Positions 12,301 through 25,427 of a stretch of DNA of 64,000 nt are shown piece by piece. Numbering within the stretch: position 1 is the stretch's first letter; every line of letters begins with the position of its first letter. Source of the stretch: Monocercomonoides exilis PA203 (taxonomy: Eukaryota; Protista; Preaxostyla); the NCBI GenBank assembly GCA_001643675.2, contig LSRY02000003.1, forward strand, positions 744,001-808,000, given 5' to 3'. The translations under genes were made by a program, and so were the position numbers. The notes beneath the pieces were generated by a model, which made no database searches, had not been told where the DNA came from, and worked only from the letters and a program-made list of their open reading frames with translations.

Positions 12301-14140
12301 CAATCCGCAGATGCGACATGCACTGTTGTTGCGGATCTTCCTAGTACGTAACTGACTGTCTAGCTGCTGTCTGCAGTCGTTTGCGTCTACGCTGGAGGCG
12401 TTCCTGAGCAACGATTTCTTCACACTGCATCTGACACATCCAGATGTGTGTGATGCTGCTAACTGCAGATCTCCTCCATTCCTGTCACAGAACAGCTCGG
12501 TTGTGAAGACAGTCAGCCAGCGCTGGATGATCAGGTGTAGGTGCTTTCGGTGGTGCTAGCTGGTGCAGTGCTGAATCGAAGTGTTGATGCTGCGCATTCA
12601 GCAGTGCGTGCTGTTCCGGATGGTGATGATGCTGGTGCAGCTCGTGGGGCGGCAGCTGCAGAGCAAACGAGGTGGGACGACCAATCTGCTTTGGGGTGCT
12701 GCTGGGGAATGTGCAGCGTGTGCAGCTGCTTCACAAGCGATGGCACGGCAGAGTGAGGGAAGGAGGGAGGAGTCAATGTGTTGTCACGCATCAGCAGTAT
12801 CTGCTTCTTTGGCACAGAACAAACATCCTTTGAATTGCAAATAATTGGCAATCAACAATTTGCGGCTGTCCTTTGCGTGTGCATCCGGTGTGATCCATCC
12901 TTCCATTTCTCCTCCTTCATTTCCATCGCAATCGCCTCTTTTCCATCTTCTTCTTTTCATTCTTCTTCTTTTTCTTTCTTTTTGTCCTTTCTCTTGACTT
13001 TCCTTCAAACATCCCTCAAATTTCTTTTTTCACTTTTCCCTTTTTCTTCCTTTTTACTCAAATCATCTCTTTCATTCATATTTCCAAGAAACATTTACCT
13101 CTTCGCTATTATTTTCACGAGATACCTTCTTCTGCTGTATCATCAATTCCTTGGTCTTATTTTTAGTTTTTTATAAGTTTCACCGCAAATGTCTTTCAAA
13201 ACATTGGAAAATATATCTTTTTCTCTTTGCGTTAATATTTCATCCGGCTCATTCCTCTATGCCCATTTCGTTTGCTATATCCTGATTATAAAAAAGCACC
13301 AAACGTGCTATTTTTTTATATTTCATGTTCATTCATTGTTATTATACATTCTTACAAAAATCCTAATTCAAAAATAATAAAAAATGATGAAATTAATAAT
13401 GATTATAATGAGCAAGCATATTCTTTTAATAATGATCATTCTTCGCAAACTTTCTTCTCCAACTTCAAATATTTCTCTGTTCTACCAATAAAACCCATCC
13501 TACTCGTCTTCGCTTCCCTTCTGCTCCTAAAAATCGTTTATTTCCTATCCTTGGTGCAACTTCAATTCAAAAAATCACACAAGCTTCATTCAAATAAAAA
13601 ATTGACAAGGAAGAAAAAGATGCTGAGACAACAAATTCGAACTATTCTGTTAATAGTTGTTGTAAATTTTCATGTTTGAGATGCGGATTTTTGGTAAAAT
13701 TGCGAAATCAATTATCAGTGTTGATTTTCATTCCAAAAAATAAACGGTGAAGGAAAATGTTCAACGATAAATATTTCAATCCATCCGAAATACACAAAAT
13801 GTCAAAAAAATATAGAATTTAATCAATTGAAACGCACCACAATTACCTTCCTTTGAAAAATCACTTTATCCTTAAAAAAGGCTATGAACAGGTTTTCTTC
13901 GAAAATTCAAATCTTCTTGCATGAGTTTATTTCAAAAAAATCATAATTTATTTTGATCAAAATATGCAATAAAAATTCAAATTTAATTTTTGTTTACAAA
14001 CATTATCATTGAATGTTCGAATGTGGTTTTTTCCATCGATAAAACGAGCTCAAAGCATTTTAGAATAAAAGAATATTTCAAAATAATAATATTATGGTAT
14101 CACTTTTTGATCTGTGGTGATTTTTCAAAAATTTTCACCC
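9324..14140. mobile_element. 4.8-kb non-autonomous cargo-carrying element, Sola-like ends
   Basis: Perfect 24-bp TIR GGGTGAAAATTTTTGAAAAATCAC (9324-9347 / 14117-14140); 4-bp TSD AAGT (9320-9323, 14141-14144). Confidence 0.8.
9990..12780 (+). pseudogene. Decayed host gene of unknown identity, cargo of the 9324-14140 element
   Basis: GC-richer, purine-rich coding-like block broken into ORFs 10192..10419, 10410..10721 and 12089..12355; no recognisable domain. Confidence 0.45.
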
Positions 14141-14159
14141 AAGTAGTAGCGTACAAAAA

Positions 14160-14960
14160 AACTATTCGAAGCAATTATATACACAAAAAATAATTCATAT
14201 TCGGAATTAATAATACAATTTCCAAAAAAAAAAATGATTCAATTTCGAAAAAGAATATTTCAATTTCGAAATTCATTTTAAACTGAAAATTTAAATTTTT
14301 CTCGAGAATGGATTTTTGAAAATTTAAAGTTACTTTTTAATCAATCAAATATTATTACCCAAAGAAAACTGTTTTTTTAATTGAAACAATCAATGAATCA
14401 GTATTTTGAAGTTTGTTTTAAAAAAAAGATCATAAATCATCACTCTGAAGATAATAATATATCAAAAAAATTCATTCTATTGAGTAACCCATAAAAACAG
14501 TAAATTTTCAATCGCATTTATTGAATAACAAAAAACAAGAATTTTTTTCCAAATAATTTTTAAAAGTCCTTTTGGTGAAAAAAAAGAAAAACAACTATTT
14601 TTAATATGAAAATGAATTCATTCTCTTTATTAATAAACTTCAAATTGAAATATTTTCAATCATTATAATTGGAAAAATAACTTTTTTTTGAAAAGGCATC
14701 ATTTTTCAAATATATAATAACAAAGTTTACTGATGAGATATAAATTAATTGATAATAAACCGAAAAACATAAGTTATTCATTCCACAAATCTAAAAATTT
14801 TTCATTTCGAAATTGATTTATTCTTTTTCGAAATCGAATTAATAAATTACGAATTCGAATTTTTAATTTTCAATATCGAATTATTAATTCCGAAATCGAA
14901 TTATTAATTTTCGAAAATGAATTGTTTTTTTCCGAATTTGAATAACTATTTTTCGAATAA
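14160..14960. repeat. Degenerate TTCGAA-rich inverted (foldback-like) repeat
   Basis: Clusters of AATTTCGAAA/ATCGAATT units at ~14160-14280 and ~14805-14960 in roughly opposite orientation. Confidence 0.4.
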
Positions 14961-15474
14961 AAATTATTATCTGTGAACATACGAACAATAATATTTTGTA
15001 ATAATGATTATGATTTGTGAAAAACAATCCCTTTTAAAGAAAAATGAAAAAATAAATATTATTTTTATATTTTGATTTATTGGAAAATTGCTTTTTCTCA
15101 AGAAAATGCATTGTTGGTGTATAAAGAAGCTTGCTCCAGAGCTTGACATTTATTCAACTTGTTGTATCCAGAATTACAGCATAGAAAAACCAAGATTGAA
15201 ATAATTACCGATTTTCATCGTTTTCTTGCATTTTGAAATCAAATCGGTTCAAATAATACTTTAATCAATCTTAAAGGCAAATGTCATTTCTCGTTGAGAT
15301 AGGAATATTCTTATGAGAAATGATTTGTAGGTGCCTGGAGTAAATGCATTTATGAATTCATGTTTTCTGATTTTTCATTCTGCATTTAGATAAAATATTT
15401 TGTGTTTGAACATTTTCAATGAGTAATAACCTAGCACATTGTAAAAAAAAACTCAGATTATTTATGAAAAAGAC

Positions 15475-18400
15475 GGCATAGGTCTAAATGCGCTCCTTTT
15501 GCAAATTGCGTTTTTATTCATTATTATTATGATGAATTAATAGTTAATAATTATTTAAAAACTTTTTATGGACCGATTTTTCGAAAAAAATGATTTTTGA
15601 AAAATGACCCATAAAAACATGAATTTCATCGAAAAATATTCAAATTGAAAAGAAAACGTGATTTTTACACATCAAAAGTGTTTGCATTATTATAGAGACT
15701 TATTTAATTTATTTATTTTCATCATAAAAAATATAAATCTTAAATAAAAAATTTTATAAATATTTTTGATCTAACCCACAAGTAAATTATTTATTATATA
15801 AAAAGTTGAATATGTTGTTTTTGTTTAAATAGAACGTAAAAGTATGTAATTCGTTCACTTTTATATGTTAATTTAAGTATATTATTATATGCACACTTGT
15901 AAAATATCGAAAACAGCTCTTTTTTTTCAATCAGATTTACATGTGCTTTTTGACTTGTATGTTTTTAAGCTGCAAGAAAAAATTTTCAAATTGATTGCAA
16001 TGGAATGCATAATGTTTATAAAATCTTATGAAATATGACAAATGTTAATTTTGATTAATGATGTGAATAAATGACATATATTTTTATTTTTTAACTTCAT
16101 ATTTAAAAATATATTTAATTAATGCAATGCAACCTGAAATCATATGGTTTAATTTGTCTTTGAAGTCTCTAATTCAATTTAAGTTGAATATAATTGAGAA
16201 TTATTTTTTTATAAGTTATTTTTTTTTTCTTTTCATATTTTTATTGATCATTACATACCACTGATTTAAATAGAAATTGTTTTAATTTGAACAACGCAAA
16301 GCGAGTTTAGCGAATAAATATTTCAAATTGTGAAACTGCTTTTGAAATAATTCTTATCATTTCTTCTTCAAAAATATTTAAATCATTTTATTCTCAAAAT
16401 CGGAAATAAAACATAAAACAAAAATGAATAAGATATTAATATTCATGCAGCTCTTTCAAAACAATAAAAAACAATAACAACAAAGGATTTGTAACAAAAA
16501 AAATATGTTAATTGCAGTTTTTGCAAAGAGAAGAAGTCTCAATAAATAATTTGAAATGTTTTCTGCTTCAATTCTAATTTTTTATCCACTCATTGTTATT
16601 CCACCTTCTGGTGAATTTGATATTGTTGTATCTTTCATCGACACAGAACTTTTCATAATATCCACAAGAGATCCATCCCATCTGCAAATCTTTTCACCTC
16701 TTCCATTATCCTCATTCCCATGATTTCCTTCTTTTTCATCTCCTTCCTCTCCATCAATCACACGAAATCCGACTCTCACATCTACACACTCACAAATCTC
16801 CACCATTGTCCCCCTATCATTCGTGCCCTTGCATTGAGAAAAAGAGCAGTTCAGCACAATCATTCTCTTTTCTGCTCCTTCAATCTTCAACACACTCTCA
16901 TTCACACAAACTGAGATATTCGCTCCCTCAACCATCGTTATCTCAATTTGGGCGCTCTTTCCAACACAAATCAAACCACATTTATTTAACACATCCGAAA
17001 CTCAAATCTCACTCATCGAAATCTTTTCCTCTTAGGTGTATGAGAGAAATGGTGCTGTGGTGCAAATCCCATCAAATATTGTTTCTGCAATCTTCAGCTC
17101 TCCACTCTCCGCACTTACCATAGTGCTCTTCATCACAAGATCCATTGCTAACGAGCTGAAAAAGCATTCTGAAATTTCCAATCTCCCATCCTTCTCTTTC
17201 AAAACACTCTCCTCAACACCCTCAAACACCTCTCCAAACACAAATCCACATCTCTCCACAACACACTCATCAACAAATACAATCACACTTCCTCCATTCA
17301 TTTCATCTTCTTCAATCATTGCGTTGAAATGAATGGTTGCCTGAACTCTCTTCAATGATTTCACATTCAAATCTCCAATCTCACACACTCCCCCAATCGG
17401 ACATTCTCCATTAATCAGAATCATTTTCGTAACACTCATTTCAATATGTCGAACTCCTGAGCAAATACTTTTCATTCTTCTCCCGTGCATCGCACTATCT
17501 GTTATTTCTCCACTGCGCGATGCAGACGTTGCAATGCGAGCTAAGCTTGTTGAAGACATCAAATAAACCTTTATCCCCATTCCATTTCCATTCACACACT
17601 GACACACTTCAATTGTTGTATTTTTCACCACAAATGTTTCTCCTTCCTTCACACTTTTTCGTCATCACAACTCCATTTCCTGTTGTCCGATTCACATTTC
17701 GAATTGTCAAATTCCCCAGTAAACTTTCTCCTGAAAACTGTTCTGCTGTGATGGATCGGCTAACAGAAGTTGATTCATTTTAATATTTTTTTATCTCAAC
17801 ATCATCCATCTTCAGCTACCTCAATGCAACTTCAAATACAGGTGTTGCTATAACACTTCCTCCAATTGCTCCTGAGATCACCACATCCTTCAGCGAAAGA
17901 GTCCTGTTCCTCACATCCATAACAAACACACCTGACGATGAGATCCTTGCCGTGTTGTGATCCATTCTATTTCCTCCAGTTCTATCAACAATCACCTTTC
18001 TTCTTATTGAACACAAACGCACAAACAGTGCAATTACATCTTTTTCATTCCTGTTTTCATTCCCATTCAATTTCAGCACGTCTGATGGAATTGTCAGTGG
18101 AGTGAAAAAATGCCAATGAGTTTGCATTCACTTTTGATACCAACAACATATCACTCCCATCTTATTAAAAACATATTTCAAAAAAATAATATTCAACTCA
18201 TGTATCCTCCTTTACTTTATTCTATCTTCAAAGCTCCTCCTTCGTTGCTCATCTTCGACTTTTGCCCTTCAATCCAGCTTCCAAACATCGCCATCCATTC
18301 TCTTGCACTCCATCCAAACAGTTCTGTTTCTCTTTCTCCTTCTACTTCGCCTCAAATCTCCAATCCCTCATATAAATGTAATTTATCAAAAAAATTTGAA

Positions 18401-19187
18401 AAAATAATATCTCATTTTAACGATTCTTTTTTAATGAAAAAAAATCAAACTTTGATTTAGTGCATTGTTTTTATCACTTCATATCGAGTTGTTTTAAGTT
18501 ATTTAAATTTAATATTGCAAAATTATTTCATCAAAGTGCGTCAGGATCGCGTCTTATTCTAAAAAATATTAATATATGAAATGAAAAAAAATTATAAAAG
18601 AATAAAGCTAATGAAATTCATAATTTGATATAATAATACATTTAACATCTTTTGCATTCCATTGCAACTAATTTTGAAATTAACTACTGCACGCTAATGA
18701 AAATTACAGTTAAAAAGCAAACTTTAATGTAACTGTGAACAAAATCTGTTTTCAATATTATACAAGGATGCATATAATAATATACTTAAATTAACATATA
18801 AAAGTGAACGAATTACATACTTTTACGTTCTATTTAAACCAAAACAACATATTCAACTTTTTATATAATAAATAATTTACTTGTGGGTTAGATCAAAAAT
18901 ATTTATAAAATTTTTTATTTAAGATTTATATTTTTTATGATGAAAATAAATAAATTAAATAAGTCTCTATAATAATGCAAACACTTTTGATGTGTAAAAA
19001 TCACGTTTTCTTTTCAATTTGAATATTTTTCGATGAAATTCATGTTTTTATGGGTCATTTTTCAAAAATCATTTTTTTCGAAAAATCGGTCCATAAAAAG
19101 TTTTTAAATAATTATTAACTATTAATTCATCATAATAATAATGAATAAAAACGCAATTTGCAAAAGGAGCGCATTTAGGCCTATGCC
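15475..19187. mobile_element. Non-autonomous cargo-carrying Merlin-type element (Pack element 2)
   Basis: ~420-bp near-perfect TIRs (15475-15893 / 18769-19187) starting GGCATAGG, with degenerate inward extension; perfect 8-bp TSD AAAAAGAC. Confidence 0.9.
16582..18330 (-). pseudogene. Fragmented surface-protein family cargo
   Basis: ORFs 17816..18127, 17032..17652 and 16582..16992 with family-like motifs (LEISECFFSS, NCSFSQCKG, MKDTTISNSPEGGITMSG); frameshifted and truncated. Confidence 0.65.
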
Positions 19188-19417
19188 AAAAAGACAAAAC
19201 ACATCCATGTGATGGTTTTCTTTTTCAAACAAAGAATGTTCAAATGGAACTTTTGAAGTTTTAAAGAAAAATCTTTTCATATTGTTTCGATGAATTTCTT
19301 CTCTTTAACTGTTATTTACTTGATAGAATGATGGTTTAATACGCTTCATTTGTTGTTACAAAATCCAAAATGTAATTCAGCAAAAATATATTGAAAAAGA
19401 GCATTATCACGCCACAT

Positions 19418-21330
19418 GGGGGAAAATACGGACTTTCAAGCTTTTTATTGCACAAAGCATTGAAAAAATGCTTCACTCATGACTTTGTTTCGCTTTCTCA
19501 GATTTCAAAATAAATTCGATTTTTAAATCTTTGAACAGGCATCATTGAAATCAAATAATAAAGGATTGTGACATTTTACGAATGCTAAAAAATCGACCCA
19601 TTTTTATTGTATTTTTTGATCAAAAAATGTTAATGAAAAAGCTTAAAATTTTTCAATGAAAATGCCAGAAAAAAAATATTTTGCCAAATATCTTTAACTG
19701 TTTTCTTTTTGTTAAATTGATTATCCTTTCAGCAACATTTTTTCCTTCTTGATCATTTTGATCGTTCACTTTTTTGTGATGGAAAAGAAATCCATTTCTT
19801 CAGAAGAACTTCAAAGGATTGCTGCAACAAGAGAATATCGGACAATTCATTCCAGATCGAGGAAAATATTTGAAATCAAGAAAACATATCCAGTGACAGT
19901 GAACGTAGCAGTCAAAGCGATAGCAATAACAAGGCAGGCTTGGCATAGAGGCAAAACAACAGAAAAAGAAAACCGAGATATCAGCAAATAAGAAAGATCA
20001 TTGCTTTTTTATTTTGATCAACTGGAAAAATAAAATTAATAATCGGGTCTCGTCTTTTTTATCAGAAGGAGTTGTGGTTCGAATGAAGTACATACAGGAA
20101 ATAATTTTCATTTTTTTGCAAGAAAATTTTTTATCTTTGTTTTTTTAGGCAATTAACATTTTAAATACGGAATCAACAAATGAAGAAGAAAACGAGAAAC
20201 TCCATCAGAAATTATCTTATTATTTAGTTCAAAGAAGCTCCATATTAAAAGCAGCCCTGGCAAGACTGCTTGAAATTGCAAAAAGTCGATCACAATGCCC
20301 TGAAAGTGTTTCAAATTTGTTTGAGGAAGAAAAAGGCATCATTGATGATTACAACATCGAGGTTTCCAAAATTTTCTATTTTGACGAATCTTCTGTGAAA
20401 AATTGGAGATTATTCTCCAAATTTGGTGATCTGTTTTTAGAGCAAATCCCTCCTTCTCATCCAGAACCTCGAAAAACTTACACAGCAACTTTTTGCATTT
20501 GCGCATATCCTGATGGTTCTTGTCTTTATCATAATTTTCTTTATCAAAAGAAAAAATTGTCTGAAGAGTTTACAAATACAAATTATTGTAATGGAAATAA
20601 TAAGCCTTCGCCTTCAGAATGGATATCGACAGATATTTTCAAAACCATCATAATACAAAATTGGATTCATTTCATTCAACAAAAAATTCAATCGACATCT
20701 ACGAAAAAGGCTCTTCTTCTTCTTGTCAACTAATTCCACCCATTCATTTTCAGAAGTTATTAGTGAAGCTGAAAAGAATGGAATCTTCAAAAAAAAACAT
20801 TTTCACTTTACATGACATATCTCCTCTAGCACTGTGATAATGTAATAAAAGCCAGATTGAAAAGATCATTATATAAATATTTCTAGGTTCCATCGGATGA
20901 CTCATCATCTTCCTATAGAAAGAAACTTCCTGAAGTTTTTCAAAAGGCAATCGCTACAGCAACAACTCCGTCAATCAAAAAAACAGCTTTTCAAAATTCA
21001 GAGATTTTGCCAATTGGAGCGTTGTTAGTTCTCTCCAAAAAAGTGGATTTTCTTCTAAATCTGGGTCAAAATATTTGACTTCATGCATTTTCATTGAAAA
21101 ATTATGCGCTTTTCATTGACTTTTTGATACCAAAAAGCACAATAAAAATGGGTCCATTTTTTGACACTCGTGAAATGTTTGTTAACTTTATGCTTTGATT
21201 TCAACAATGCCCGTTTACGGATATTTTAATAGAATTTTATTTAAAATCTGAGAAATCGAAATTAAGTTATGAGTGAAGCAACTTTTCAACACATTGTGCA
21301 AAAAAAGCTTGAAAGTCCATATTTTCCCTT
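19418..21330. mobile_element. Decayed DNA transposon with long (~250 bp) diverged TIRs
   Basis: GGGGGAAAATACGGACTTTCAAGCTTTTT.. versus ..AAAAAGCTTGAAAGTCCATATTTTCCCTT; TSD not resolvable. Confidence 0.75.
19780..21060 (+). pseudogene. pogo/Tigger/Fot1-like DDE_1 transposase remnant
   Basis: 'YNIEVSKIFYFDESSV', 'TATFCICAYPDGS', 'SPSEWISTDIF', 'KALLLLVN' follow DDE_1 motif order; several stops and frameshifts. Confidence 0.7.
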
Positions 21331-21400
21331 AATTATATAAAAAAGAAGTTCAATTTCTCATTTTAAATCACATACGAAAACTAAACAAAAAATATTGATC

Positions 21401-24400
21401 TGCATAGGTGTAACTGCGTCCCTTTTGCAATTCATGTTTTTTGATATTTATTTTATGATGTTTGAAATGTGAAAATTATTTAAAAACTTTTGTATGGACC
21501 GATTTTTCGTAAAACTTTTTGTTTATTGTGAAAAAACTTTTTTTAAAAATGACCCATAAATATGAGTATTTGAATAAAAAATTTGAAATCAAAGGCAAAT
21601 AAATTCTGATAAATATCTGGAATGTCTCTAAATACATTGTATACTTATATTTGTTTGAAAATTTCACAGAAAACACAAAAACGAATTTTTTTTTTAAATA
21701 TTATCATTATATCAAACCCGTATTATAATTTTATGCATTTGGAAAACTATATTCCACGGCGCGGGTGATGCAAGGTTTTAACGTTTTTTGTTTTTATTTA
21801 TTATTTTAAGAATCGTTAATGTATTTGCTTTTCAATTGTTAACACATTTGTTAATTGAAATATGGCATGTTTAACAAAGAAAAATAGTAAAAAAGTTATT
21901 ATAAGTGAAAATCTTTTTTTGAGATATTTCATGTTCACAATCAAATTACAACAATAGCATACTTTGTGTATTTATATTTTTTATTACTTTTTTTTGAAAA
22001 CAAACAACAATTTATTATTGAAGTTTGTTGAATATTCTTTCGTCAAAAAATGTTAGAAAAACATTTTTCATAAAAATTTCTTACAATCAACAATCTTTTG
22101 ATGTTTATTATTAATTGAAATTGCTCTATTGATATTTTTAGAAAAATTTACTTTTAATTGAAAAATAAATAATCAACACAATTATTTTTGTCCACTTCAA
22201 TATTATGAAATGTCATTAAACCAGAAATTTTATTAAATTTTGCATATGATGCTATTTAGAAAGCTTTTCAGTCCATGAATTATTTGTTGAACACACTCGA
22301 AAAAAGACGTGTTTTTAAGTATCACTTCAATAAAAAGGATTTAAGTGAAATCATCCTTTTTTTACAAAAAATTATCTCTCCTCTGCCTCCTTTTGTCTTT
22401 CACAGTTTCTAAAGAGAAAATTTAGTTGAAAACATTTCAAATACTTTGGGATCCTTTTTAATGTTATCATCAACAATCTCTCCCACTTATTCTTCCTCAT
22501 CCCTTTCTTCATTTTCTGATATAGCTCTTCTTCACTTCCTCTTCGAGTATCATCATGCCTACTCCACTACAAATGTTTTCCATTTTTCATATCACACCAG
22601 GAACTGAAACAAATCTATGAAATTGTGAATCCTTTCTCTCCCAACTTACAGATTGCTATCTTTCACCATTTCGTCAAATTGAAACACAAGTGTCTCATTA
22701 TTAACACTCCCATTTGGACAAACACATTCCAGATACTAATTCTTCCCCTTCCATGTATTGTTTCGCTCAAACACACACATTTTCTCTCCAAAGTTATCTG
22801 CCTTGATCTCCCCAACAACACTCACACACATCCCTCCTCTTTTTCATTCACTCCCCCTTGCCTCGCATCTTTCAAATGTGCTGTTCTCAACAACAACAAC
22901 CCCGCATTCTGCCACCTCACACTTTTATGTTCCTCCATTTTCATCTTTACTTATGAACACTGAAAATATCGAATTGTTTCCCATTCTGCATCTCTTCACT
23001 CGCCTCATACAAATTCAATTCACTGTCTCCATCTCGCATCGTTCTATCGTGATCCCACTCATTTTTATCTCTAATCTCTTCTCCCCAATAATCACACCTT
23101 CTCCATCTTTCTTCTCATTCTCCACTGTGATAATCTCCAGCTCCGATCTTCCTCCCTCCACACTTTATATCTCTCCTCCACAAAACTCAATCCCTCTTTC
23201 TGTCACACGCTCCACATGCATCTCTCCGCCTTTCACGCTCCCAACCCACACATCAGACACAAAAGATCCAATTCCTTCCTTGCTTATTTCAGTTACAAAC
23301 TCGCAGTCGACAATCATCACTACACCAATACTCATCTTTATAAACTCCTTCTTTTCTAATTCAGCTGTTTGTTTCATATCAAGATTGCTCAGCACAAGCA
23401 ATGCCTGCTCCCACACTTCCACATTCTCAGAATTCTTTGTCTTTTCAACATTCATCGCTCCCCAACCTCCTCTTTCTCGATCTCTCTCCCACCCTCCATT
23501 ACATGCAATTCCCCAGGATATTCAGCGACTTCGCGTGGCGATTGATTGAACCATTTAGATGAGTTCCATACTTCACCTGCAGTATTAATTTCTTCGCCAT
23601 CCGGTCAAACCCGCTTTACAAAGTCACACTGGGTCTCCGAAAACTCACTCATATGAACAGCTCGCTCTTTTCCACCATTGTTCTCATTCTCACTAACTCA
23701 TCCAGTTAATGAACCATCTCCAATGGTAATATATTCCCTATCTTCCAACGCAAACCATAGCGCATCTCCTTCTTTGCTTATCATTGAAACTGTATCATCA
23801 ATTATGTTTTTTCTCCAATATCATAACTCCTGCATTCCTTCCTAAAGCAATGAACTCCAATAATCCTTCATAAAAAACAAGAGTTGATAAAAAATGTCTC
23901 AAACAAAGCAAATAACAAACCGATTGTTTGATATGCGTTTTAGTCACTTTGTAATTCATGTTGACTTCACATTTCAATTTATGCTTAATTACTATAAGTG
24001 CATCAATTGCATAACTGCTATTTAAGAAATAAATAATTCTGCAAACAAGGAATTTTCTTTGACAATAGAATTGACAATTAAAAAGGCAGAATCAGCATAT
24101 TCAAACACGAATATAAAATGAAATATTCACATTAAATAATTATTACACGTTTAAATAAGAAAGACTAACATTAACACCGAGTATCACCTGCGCCGTCGAA
24201 TTTATGTTCTCCAAATTCATAAAATTATAATACGGGTTTGATCAAATGATAATATTTAAAAAAAAAATTCGTTTTTGTGTTTTCTGTGAAATTTTCAAAC
24301 AAATATAAGTATACAATGTATTTAGAGACATTCCAGATATTTATCAGAATTTATTTGCCTTTGATTTCAAATTTTTTATTCAAATACTCATATTTATGGG

Positions 24401-24552
24401 TCATTTTTAAAAAAAGTTTTTTCACAATAAACAAAAAGTTTTACGAAAAATCGGTCCATACAAAAGTTTTTAAATAATTTTCACATTTCAAACATCATAA
24501 AATAAATATCAAAAAACATGAATTGCAAAAGGGACGCAGTTACACATATGCC
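21401..24552. mobile_element. Non-autonomous cargo-carrying Merlin-type element (Pack element 3)
   Basis: ~340-370-bp TIRs (TGCATAGGTGTAACTGCG / CGCAGTTACACATATGCC), homologous to element 2 TIRs (shared ATGGACCGATTTTTCG); duplicated ORFs 21476/24277; no TSD recovered. Confidence 0.8.
22380..23870 (-). pseudogene. Heavily decayed surface-protein-like cargo
   Basis: Purine-rich coding-like minus strand, ORF 23165..23455 ('IVDCEFV..VSDVWVGSVKGGEM'), many stops. Confidence 0.5.
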
Positions 24553-25187
24553 GCGGATTGATTAGCAAAAGGAAAGCTTTGAAGAAACTTGTCCGTCCAG
24601 AAGCAAAAAATTCAAAATACAACACGATGATAATAAAACAATGGAAAGATTTACTCGTTTGATTAATACTTATTTATTCATATATTTTCCACTTCTTTTT
24701 TGAATGATTCTCACATATCTAATTTGAAATCTATTGTTAATTTTGGATTGAATGCAAATTTAAAATTATTTTTTTATTCCTTCATAATTTTTACATTTTT
24801 TGCAGAAAAACAATGTTTGGAATAGACTGAGCATTGGACAGAAATTAGCTTTGATCAAGTTCATTTCTATTTTAACTTTTCAAAGATAAAGCTACAATAA
24901 TTTTTGACATTTGAGGAATGTTATTTAAGATGCAAATTTAAAATTAGTCGTAAAAACTTGAAAGTTGTCTTTAAATGCTAAGTTAAATAAGTGATTCTTT
25001 TTGAAAAGTCACAAATGTTTAATTTTCAAATAAATCAAAAATTTCATATTTTGCTAAATATTTTGTTAACAAATATCAAACTTCACTTTAAAGGTATCAA
25101 TTTCTTGATAATGCTATTTCACACATTCTGAAGAAGATTTGTGAGTAAAAACAGAAATTTGAGCAATAAATGAAAATTTTGATATAT

Positions 25188-25427
25188 GGGTGATTCTTTT
25201 TGAAAAGTCATAAATGTTTAATTTTCAAATAAAATTAAATTTTCATTTTTTGCTCAAATTTCTGTTAACTAATATCATACTTCACTTCAATCAAATCTAT
25301 TCATTGATTATGCTATTTCAAACATACTTGAGGAGATTTGTGAGCTGAAACAGAAATTTGAGCAAAATATGAAAATTTAATTTTATTTGAAAATTAAACA
25401 TTTATGACTTTTCAAAAAGAATCACCC
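25188..25427. mobile_element. MITE, GGGTGATT family (mirror copy 39712-39951), preceded by a partial tandem copy from 24989
   Basis: TIR GGGTGATTCTTTTTGAAAAGTCATAAATGTTTAATTTTCAAATAAAATTAAATTTTCAT; flanks ATAT/ATTT. Confidence 0.85.

Noticed and set aside
21476-21676. Duplicated 66-aa ORFs (21476..21676 and 24277..24477) and other mirrored short ORFs
   Set aside because: By-products of inverted repeats in AT-rich DNA, not evidence of genes.
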